From Negaprion brevirostris (Eukaryota), in NCBI GenBank assembly GCA_030324005.1, contig JARDVH010000099.1, positions 25,330,800-25,394,799 on the forward strand: DNA of 64,000 bases, given 5' to 3'. The position numbers were made by a program, and so were the translations under genes. This document shows, in pieces, positions 1-10,500 of this stretch. A model generated the notes under the pieces. It made no database searches, was not told where the DNA came from, and worked only from the letters and a program-made list of their open reading frames with translations. Positions within the stretch are counted from its first letter, which is position 1. Each line of letters starts with the position of its first letter.

Positions 1-17
1 GTTTAACACCCTCTCTA

Positions 18-310
18 GAATCATAGAATCCCTGCCGTGCAGGAGGAGGCTTTTTGGCCTATCAAGCCTGCATCCACAACTATCCCACCCAGAATGTATC
101 ACCGTAACCCCACGTATTTACCTTGTTAATCCCCCTGACAGTAAGAGGCAATTTAGCTTGACCAATCAGCCTAACCCACACAGTTTTGGTCTGAGAGGGG
201 AAACTGGAGGAAACCCATGCAGATACTGGGAGAATGTGCAAACTCCACGCTGTAACCCAAAATTGGAATTGAACCCTGGTCCCTGGCACTGTAAGGCAGC
301 TGTGCCGCCC
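18..310 (-). mobile_element. HE1-like tRNA-derived V-SINE
   Basis: Tail (catagaatccctg...ggcc), core (gagaatgtgcaaactccac) and B-box-like head in reverse; many related copies in the window. Confidence 0.85.
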
Positions 311-329
311 TCTACTTCCCTAATTATGC

Positions 330-1200
330 AGCTCTCTATTACAATGGCCCCAGCATGGCTAAAGTATAGACTGTTCCAATAGTACAATCCCCACTTCACC
401 TGCACTGGTTATTACCATCCCACAAACCAGCCTCTGTGCGCTATTCATTTCTCTAATTTCATGTACCTGATGTCAATTTGTACATGGCTTGGGTAACAAT
501 CCAGAGATTAGTACCTTTGAATTCTGTTTTTTAATTTAGCCCCTAGCTGCTCATACTCTGTATGCAGATCCTTTTTCCTAGTTCTAACTATGTTGTTGGT
601 ATATACATGGACTGTAACCACTGTATCTTCCCCCTTGCACTGCAAGTTCCTCTCAAGCCCTAAGCATATACCCCCAAACCCTGGCACTGGGCAGGCAGCA
701 CAGTCATTTGGAANNNNNNNNNNNNNNNNNNNNNNNNNNNNNNNNNNNNNNNNNNNNNNNNNNNNNNNNNNNNNNNNNNNNNNNNNNNNNNNNNNNNNNN
801 NNNNNNNNNNNNNAACTGGCCAGGCAGCACAGTCATTTGGAATCTTGTTCTTTGCTGCAGTGAACAATGTCAGTCCCTCTCGTTATACCCTTCACTGCTC
901 CCACTAAATCCCATTTTGCTGTCCCCGCTTGGCTCTCTGTATCATGGTGCCATAGTCAATTTGCTCATCCATTCTGCAGCCTCCACTTTCAATCAGACAA
1001 ACTGAGAAAATCTCAAACCCCCTCGGGCAATTGCAAAAGCTTCTACACACCTGCCCTCTGGGTTTCTTACCTTTTCTCACTCACAGTCACACCCTCCTCT
1101 CCCTGATTATTGACCAAATCAGAAAACTGTATTCTAAGTTGTGTGATTGCCTCCTCCTACAAAGCATCCGTGTTAGCTCTCTTTATTCTCTCTCTATCCC
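330..1200 (-). mobile_element. CR1 LINE ORF1 (esterase region) fragment
   Basis: Minus-strand peptide GEDTVVTVHVYTNNIVRTRKKDLHTEYEQLGAKLKNR resembles CR1 ORF1 SGNH-esterase (VVVHVGTND). Confidence 0.7.
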
Positions 1201-1331
1201 AGACTGCTGTACTTTTGCACAATGTTCAGCAATGTATGATTGTAATTATCTGTGATAAAATGGATGTACAATACAAGAGGAATGTTGCTATGTTTCTGCT
1301 TCCATACACTATTTTTTCTATTTTTGCCCAG

Positions 1332-1585
1332 TTGTGCTGTCCAGCGACGATGAAGAAGAAGAAGATGATAATGCCAGTACTGGAAGTAGCAGAATGGACA
1401 GTGTTCATTCTGCTGGTAGAACTACTGACCCTGCAAGTCTTTCTCCTGTACCCTCCAGTAGACCCTTAGATCCTGTCCCAGAGGAGCCTCTTGATGGAAA
1501 CGCAGCTGAAAATATTTCTGAAAAGACTTTCACAGAAGTAGAATCTACAGCCACGTTGCCACGAAAGGCAAAGATGAAAGACAAG
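1332..1585 (+). CDS. SENP6: SENP6 exon a ([12 protein letters not shown]...[11 protein letters not shown])
   Basis: Acceptor tttttgcccag at 1331; donor AAG|gtaatg at 1586; phase 1 to 0. Confidence 0.93.
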
Positions 1586-4500
1586 GTAATGCAGCACAAA
1601 GCTCCAGATATCCTGTAGGGTTTTGCATGTGAAACAAAGAAAAAAAAGACGAATTTGAATAGCCTCTTTCGCAACCCCAGGATTTGCCAAAACATTTACA
1701 ACTACTTATACACTTAGTATAGAAACTACTTCAATGGAAACACAGTAGTTAATTTGAAAACAGCAATGTGACAGTAACATATATACTGTTTTTCGTGTTT
1801 TTTTGATGATTATTATTCAGGATGCAATAGAGAAATCCCTTGTTTTTCAAGATTGTGTAATGGGATCTTTTGACTTGGTAAGGTTGCTATCATTGAACAA
1901 TGGCTGACACCGTTCTCAAAACTTTATATTCGTTCAGTCAGGTTTGTCCTAAAATCTATTCATGATGAAGAGCATCAAAGGAGAAATGTTTACCTTTCAC
2001 ATTTTAATTGCATGATTTCCTTAACATTCAAGTTGACAGCTAACTTGGTCAGTCATTGGAAATAGGATAGTTAATGCTTTGTTGAGGGGAGTAAAATTGA
2101 GTGGCATGGTGTCACTGTTCATGGTGGAGTAACAAACCAAAAGAATTTGTTGCATTTCTGAACTTGAGACTTCTCCCATTCATTTTGTATAAAGTACTGA
2201 GGGGCATTTTGTTTTTTCCAGTAAGCTATCTCGGTAAGTTGCCTACCTGGTGTCAGACTGAGGGACATCTTGAATTGACTTGAAAGGATATTGGGGACGG
2301 AGCGGAAATGGATCCAGCTGTCCTTATCCATGTTGAAGCTATCAACGTTGGTAAGAGCAGACAAGAGGAAGAATTTAGAGAGAAACACTAGCTAGGGTAG
2401 AGCCCTAGTGTAGAGGATAACTAGGGCCGGTCATTCGGACTTTAACCTAGTAAGTAGTAAAGGAGAACCTGAGTTCAACAAGTAGAAGGAATAATGATAA
2501 GAAAACAAATGAAAGGGAAGAGAGTAGGTAGATAGATTCTTGATTGGTAAGGGGATCAAAGGTTGCAGGGAAAAGGTGGGAAACTGGGGTTAAGAAACTT
2601 TATCAGCCATGATTGAATGATGGAGCAGATTCAATGGGCTGAATAGCCTAATACTGCTCCTATATTTTATCTTAAGGTCCTATGAAGTGCAGTAACAGTC
2701 AGCAATTGTGCAATAGGCACTATAGGACACCTATAAAGAGCTAACGTAGATTCATAGTCATGGAACAATACGGCACGGAAACAGGCCCTTCATCCCAATT
2801 GATACATGCTGTCTGTGATGCCCCCCAGCTATTGGATGGGCAAAATGGCCTCCTGCTGTGCCATTATGATAAATTATTTCTGTTTGTTGGGTAGTCTAGG
2901 ACTAGGGGCAAGGTATAAAAATTAGTCGCAGCTTTCAGGAAACATTTGCGCATACAATTTGTCCAAGTTTGAACTTGGGTCTGTAAACGACAATTGATGC
3001 TAGATCAGTTGGTTTGANNNNNNNNNNNNNNNNNNNNNNNNNNNNNNNNNNNNNNNNNNNNNNNNNNNNNNNNNNNNNNNNNNNNNNNNNNNNNNNNNNN
3101 NNNNNNNNNNNNNNNNNNNNNNNNNNNNNNNNNNNNNNNNNNNNNNNNNNNNNNNNNNNNNNNNNNNNNNNNNNNNNNNNNNNNNNNNNNNNNNNNNNNN
3201 NNNNNNNNNNNNNNNNNNNNNNNNNNNNNNNNNNNNNNNNNNNNNNNNNNNNNNNNNNNNNNNNNNNNNNNNNNNNNNNNNNNNNNNNNNNNNNNNNNNN
3301 NNNNNNNNNNNNNNNTTTAAATCTTTTCCGTAAAAGATAAGCTTTATCTTTAACTTGCCATGATGGAGGTGTATTCCACAAAAGAGATGTCAAGGAAATA
3401 ATTGAACTTTTAAGTTTGATACTTTGGTGAAATTGATCTCCTTTTGAAAGAAATCTAAGAAGAGACCTAAAATCCCCCTCTGAGAGAATTGAAAGGAAGG
3501 TGAAGCTGTCTTTCCCAGAAATATTCACATTGCTCAGAGTTAGGTCAGGACCCAGCTCCAGAGATGCGCGATCTCTGCCTGTTGCCATGGTTTCTTTTGT
3601 ATTCTTTCTTTCTGTTGTGATTGTTTGTGATTTCCTCTCGAATTGAATACCCACATGAAATGAAGTTCTTTAAAAATTCTGTTAGTACATTTATTTGAGA
3701 TGATATTTTCAAGAGCAAAGTAATTTTTTTTTACTGCTCTTTTACACTTTTCAATCTTTTGTAACTGTGTGGTTTCTTTTTTAATTGAAGCATTTTATTA
3801 ATTAAAAGTTACACTCTGTGTGTTTTACTTTGCTGCGTGAAATATATATATTGAGTGATCTGTTCATGTAATTGACAGTTTGGTTCCAGGCTTATATTTT
3901 AAATGGCTATGCATTTACTTTCATAACTCCTCTTCCACTTGCCTGTTTAAAGTATGAAACTAACTTTCAAATTGAATGCAGCTTTCCAAGTTATTTCTTT
4001 CTCATTTTTTTATTCTTCGTGTACAGTTCAGTTTGCTGCCAGTCCAGTGAATAAAATTACAACACATTGTGACTTTGAGCCTTTTATTTGAAAGGTGGTT
4101 AGGTCATCATTTCTGATCTGCATGGAAAGGTCACTACATTTCCTGGTTCTGGACAGTTTGTGCCAAGGAGGTAATTGAACTTTTAAGTTTGACACCATGG
4201 TGAAATAGATTTCTTTCAAAAGGAGATCAAAGAAGGGACTTAGTATCCCTCTCTGAGAGAATTATTTTTACAACCAGTTTTCCAAATATTCTTCCTATTA
4301 CCGTTTTCTTGTAAATGAACTTAGTTCTTGCATTAATTTATGAATCTCTAGTTTGTGTGATATTTCTCATTTCGAAAACATTAGTAACATTGTTCATTAA
4401 TGAAAGCAAGTAGGATAATTGTTAGCTCCTGGGGCAGTTCTGTGAGGGCATGTGAATGTAAAAATTCCAAATCATAGGAACACTGCTCAGGCTACAGGAA

Positions 4501-7500
4501 TCGATCCTGAAAATACAAAGTGCTGGAAAAAAAGTACATACCACACCCTGAAAGTTGGGTTACTCGCACAAGTGTTGTGATAGAAGCGGTGCACAGTTCT
4601 TCTGGCTCCTTCGCAAGGGAAAGAGGCTTGCCTCTATATCTTGGGAAGAATATGTTGCCCATGGAAGGAAATACTATGTAGACTTACCAGAATGATATTG
4701 GAGCACAGAGGGTTAAATTATGTAGACATGTTGAATAAAGTTGGCCTGATTATAGAAGATGAAGGGTTGATGTGAGCGAGCTGCTTAAAAAGTTAAAGGA
4801 ATGTATAGGGTAATTACAGGGAAATCATTTCCTCCAATGGTGAAATCAAGAATGAGAGAATGTAAAATTAAAAGTAGGACTCTGCCATTTAGGAGGAAAA
4901 TCACATGTATCTCTTCACATAAACACTAGTAGAAATCTGGAATTCTCTTCTTTGGAAGGCTGAAGATACTGGGACAATTTGAACTTTTAAGACCAAAATT
5001 GCTTGGTCTTTTGTGAGTCAGGGTATACAGCGTTCAGGCAGGTAAACATAGTTAAGGCACAATGGTGGAGCATGCTTTGCAGTATGAAGTCCATATTTTC
5101 CCAGACTTCAGGACATTTACGTTTCCAAATCAATACTTTGAACACTATTTCCAAACGTTTGGGATGATCAGGATGTATATCAGCAGCATCTGAAATATAA
5201 GTAACAGTTGTGCTGCGTTTATTTCATTCACACATATTCATCCTCAAGAAGGTGAGATATCCTCATGCAGATACGTATAATCCACTTCCATTTAGCTTCT
5301 GTGTTTTGCAGCACCCACTGAGCTTAAGAAAGAAGGAAGTTATGAAATGCCATAAATAAAATGTAAGATTTTGATTGAAATTAGTAATTGATCCCTTTAA
5401 AGGATGAATTCTAAAATTTTGTTGAAATCAAATTAAACCTGATAATATGGACATTGCCAAGTGTTCTAGTTTTCCCAATACAAGTTAATGCAACAAGTAT
5501 TTTATCTTCACTGCAGTGATAGTGGCATGAAGTTCAATTCCTCTACCATGTACAAGTGGCTGATTGAAGCTGGTGAACAAGGTCTCAAGACACTTTAATG
5601 ATGCATATCAAATCTTTAACCATCAGACTCTGCAGGAAGCAACAAGGCTTCATTCTCACTTCAAAGTACCTATTTGTTCCTAACTTGTTTTCTTGATGAA
5701 ACCAGATTTGCTTCAAGCCTAAAGTTTTCTGAACACAAATATTCTGTTTTTTTCATGCATTTAAAAGCTCTCTCTTCATTTTACAGTTTGGAAATTCTTA
5801 TCATGAGGCAGCAGGCAAAAAAAGAAAACTTGAAGTTGCTCAGTCACATGCAGATGCTCTTAGTTCTCAAGTGGAAAATGGCTGTGAAAGTATTATTCTC
5901 AAGTGCCGAAGTATACGAATAGGAAGCTTTCGTGCAACGGTATTGGAACCCGTTATTGTAAGTGCAGTCGTGGAAATTTCCATTTTGATTCACTTTTTTT
6001 TTGTTGCCAATTACAATGTAGCTTCTTTGTAGGGAGAGGGATTATGAGTTAGAACCACTGCCCCTTCTGGTGACAAGCAAATACTTGCCCAGGTTGCAGA
6101 TGGCTGCCGCTGTATTATATTAAAATATATTTAGAATCCTTGCAGTGTGAATGCCATCCACTCAGTACCTAGTGAGGTCAAAGGCCAGTGTTGTGTACAG
6201 GTCAAGTAATTGATTTGGAGCTAAGGTAGAACTTTGCTACCAACTAGAAGAGGCAAGGTGGGAGGGAGATGGTAGAAGGAGGCTAGGAAGGGTACTGAGT
6301 ACTCAGTTTGTAAATGACGTACTTTCGGAGTGCAGGCACAGTTCTATAGCAATTGTGCATGCAATATCCAACAAACAGCACTATGATGATGACCAGACAT
6401 CATGTTGGTTGAACGCTTAATGTTGGCCAGGGTGCTGGGAAAAACTCCACGGCCACGTCAAAATGCTGCCATAACAATAACATCTATCATTGGGATGAAG
6501 TTTCTGGGAACACCAATCTTTGGAGGTCAATCCACAGAACCTAGTGATTTATTCAGTCAAATACTTCGTTCAGGTCAACGAATGCAATGAAGAGTTCCTG
6601 ATCTCAATATTTTCATGGATTTCTCTGACAAAATTGATTTATGCGGGAGGTTCCTGTGGAAGATCTGAAGTCACACTACCTCAGCTAATTTCCATTGGAA
6701 GTAGGTGATTCAGGAGAATGCACGTCAGGAGACCCCCCTCCCATGGACAGGAAGGAAATGCCTCAATAGTTTCCACACCTTGATTTACCTCCCTTCTTGA
6801 AGATAATTGAGTGTCACTTTCATGAAATTCCTGGAATTCTTTTTCCTCCCAAAATTCATCAGATGAGTGCATGAAGTTTTGATGTGTGCAGAAAAGCCCA
6901 GCTGGAATATCCTTGGATACCACATGTTTCGTCGTTCTTCACATGTGATTGCTTGTTGCAGTTCTCCTCTGATGGTGGCTCACCAATGGATTCTACAACA
7001 GGTAATGGAAGATAGCCTGAGAGTATCAGGTGTCATTGTGGATTCACGATTTGTTCAAAATGTTCTTTCCTGTGTGGATGAATGGCATTGGCATCCTTAA
7101 AAAGAGAAACTCTGTCCTGTGACTGAAGGGGATTTTATCCATTTGACCTTGGTCTATAGATGAAGCATGTGGTTCCAAAAAGGCTTGGCATGTCATAATG
7201 GTTTGTATGTTGTTCAATCTCTCAGGCTTTCTTTTCCTACTACCTGTCCTTTCTATTTCTCTTTCCCACAACCTGTCCTTTCCCTTTCTGATTGGTCTTT
7301 TGCATCAATTCTGTGAAATTAGAGAGATGTGAGAAGCTGGGAGGTGACAAGACTTTGCATCAGAATCCAAACATTGAAACTGACGTGAAGAGAAATCATG
7401 ATGGAACCATGGAGAAAATATTCCAAATCCTTAGCAACTGGGCCTTTTGGAGGCACCAACTAGTGGGTGTAGGCGCGTGCACACAAGTCCGAGGGCCCAG

Positions 7501-10500
7501 CATTAGCTGTTTGTTTAATAATAGGAAACCTCATTGAACTGTTTGCTGAAAATATGACAGTGGGTAAATTTCTAATTCAAATGGTGCCACCTTAAGAAGT
7601 GTGTGGCTTTTTATTTTAATTTAGATTAAGGTTTCATTTGAAGAAAATAAATGAGCTTTTGTGATGATATTGTGCTATTTTATTTTGTTTAAGGGCGGAC
7701 TGCTTCAAGAGGCACTGTTTTATTATAAATAGTCTGTTTGTCTTGCAGGAATGCAGAGATGCTGAAAAAGCAGATAATTAATCATTTTAACCATTTCAGT
7801 GTTTATTTTGCAAGAGGCTTAATGGAGTGTTTTTTGTTTAAAGTAATAGAAGGTAAGTTAGGTATACTGGGACAGAGTCATGTGATATTAGGTTAGTGAA
7901 AGGCCTGTGGCAGCGAATCAGTGTCACTTTCATTTTTTAACAAAGAGCAGTTGCTGCCTGGAGCTGGCAGAATGAAGAGGTAGTCCTGTGCTCTCAAGTT
8001 TTCTGAGAGCTTCAGGGTTGTTAACCCAAGGCAAAGCACATATGCCTGGATTTGCTAACTAGTTTTCAAGTGGAGTTAGAGATCTTCTGCAAGCTGCTGA
8101 ATCTCATTCAATCTCTTTGAAAGCTCCAAGATTATTAGCAAATGTTGAAGCAAGTATACACATGTTTTGTTCACAATATTTGAAGTGCATTTTAGGAGAA
8201 ATAATGCTTAATTGGAACTGATATAGTGATAAGTTAGAATGTGGAATCGTTCCCTTTCGTTTTAAGTATTGTTCAACTGTTAAAGGTTAAGGTAATTCTT
8301 TTGTTATAGTTAAACTGTGTTGTTAAGTACAGTTTGTTTTGATAAAAGTTCCTTAGTTTGTCAGTATAATCATACCGAAAGTGAAGCATTCTATCCTCAC
8401 GTTTATGCCAAAATAGAGAAATTGTTGGGTGTAGTCTGGCTTCATATATTGTTGGGGTTCTGATCTGGCACACTAACACTTCATTCAATTGCTGTTATTT
8501 CAAGAAGACCTTTGTTGTAGTTTTATTAAATTTTTACTGATGTTGTTTAACAGTTGCTAATGCTGAATTTGTAAAGACTAAAAGCAGATTTTTCTTCTTT
8601 CAGTTCAGTCTAGACTTCATCAAGGTCAGTATGGGAGGTAAGTGTATTCAGTTAATTCCTAAAATTGCAAATCAGTGGACTGTAAAGTTGGGGTCCAAAC
8701 ATTCAGCCTCCATATCAATTTGGGAACAAAAATAGAGCTAGAATGGGCAAAAAAGTTGTTTAAAACTATTTCCTTAAAATCCAATTTGGAAAACTTTTAA
8801 GTTTAAACTTTCATGTTGGAGTTGATGTTTCTTGATACTGACGAATTCAGAGTAAAGAGGCTTTCCAGATTTGTAAACCACTTTATAAATGCAAAATCTG
8901 GCATTTAATAAATCATCTTGTCCTCTTGCGAGACAAAAATTTGAAAGTAAACTCTAATGTTTGGTGATAAAGGGAAAACGAAATTACGCCTGAGGTAAAT
9001 TGTGCCAAAGTTTGTCCTAATGGATCAAAATGTACACCTGCTTTTGTGCTGACTTCCAAATCTGCTCAACGTCCATTTTCCAGAAGGCACTTCATGATTT
9101 TACTTTTCCTTCCACTCTGTAAATTTCTCTCTCTGAAATGGTATTTTGCTGCTTTTTTTCTCTTGTTAACAATTTATTTGGTTACTGCAAAGAAAAATTG
9201 CTGACGTTGGAACAGTTTTTTAGTTAACCTGATAGTAAATGAATTTTGCGATTGTAGTCTTTTTGCAAAACCTTTTAGAATACTGCAGACTTGAGTTGAA
9301 GGCAGTCAAAAATGACCTTCCAGCTTTACAACATTTATTTAAGTCTCTTGATTAAGCATTAGTTAGGTTGTCATCTGCATGGAGGATTCCCTGTAGACTC
9401 TCTCATATTGTAAGTTGATATGAGGAGCGAAATTCGGGAGTCCTTATCTGCTATAGACTCATTACTTTAACAAGAACAGTCCAACCGTACTCAACTTTTA
9501 ACCAAACTGTTGCCATTCAGAAATGCCACGCTGGAGGTCAGTCAGATGAAGAACAATATTAGAGTACTTAATGTAGCAGTGACCTGTAGTTTAAATGTCT
9601 TCCTTGTTACATTAATGCCATCTGCTTGCTGGCAATTTTTAAATTAAAACCTGAGGAATGGTCTCAGAATTCTGTCCCTTTTATTCAGTAGAGCTTTACA
9701 AGGATTTATGCTGGTATGGTTAACGGTAAACACAATAAGAAGTCTCACAACTCCAGGTTAAAGCTATGAGACTTAAAGTTGTAAACTCTGTGAAACTTCT
9801 TACCATGTTTACCCCAGTCCTACACCAGCATCTCCACATCATGGTAACTGTAAGCCAGCAAGACTTTAATGGGACAGTGATCTTTCGTTTAGTCCGTTAC
9901 TCTGCATTTTTCTTTGTGAGGAATTGCAACGTTATTCCAAGAATATGACATGATTCTGAATCATTATCTTTATTTTCGTGATCCCTGACTCTTGCTAATT
10001 GGGGAAGTAGTTTGGAGAAGTTGCTGTAAGAGAATGCCAGATGAGCATATATTCAAAATGGTTAAACTGTCAGAACAGCAGAGTTCATTATGTTCATTGT
10101 ACTGTTACTCTCATGGACATAGTAAGCACTAGCAAATAACTACTTTTAAATTTAATTCAATGTGACTGGACTGATAGTTCAATTGGAATTCTTGATAGAA
10201 ATTTTTCTAATTCATTAGCTAAACCAAATCAGTCATACTGTTAATCCACATATGTCCAAAAATGTGACTACAAGAGTCATCTTTCTGTCCTTCCTTTGCA
10301 GTGCCGAATGAGTCATCCCAGGAGATAGTTTTAAAAGCCACAGAATTCACTATGTGCGAATGGTGCAGTGCACGCGTATTACCAGTACTTTTTCTGCAAA
10401 TGACAGCTGCTGCTTGCCACAATATCCAGTCATCTCTCAAAATGAACAAAGAGAAGAACTGGTTTGATTCTCAAGGGACCAGTGAGTATAACCCACTGAT

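Noticed and set aside
686-842. Direct repeat actgg.caggcagcacagtcatttggaa on both sides of a 100-N gap
   Set aside because: Most simply a contig-overlap artefact at the gap.
2935-3654. 239-aa minus-strand ORF, the longest in the track
   Set aside because: About 100 codons are N; no recognisable protein. Other X-containing ORFs were rejected for the same reason.
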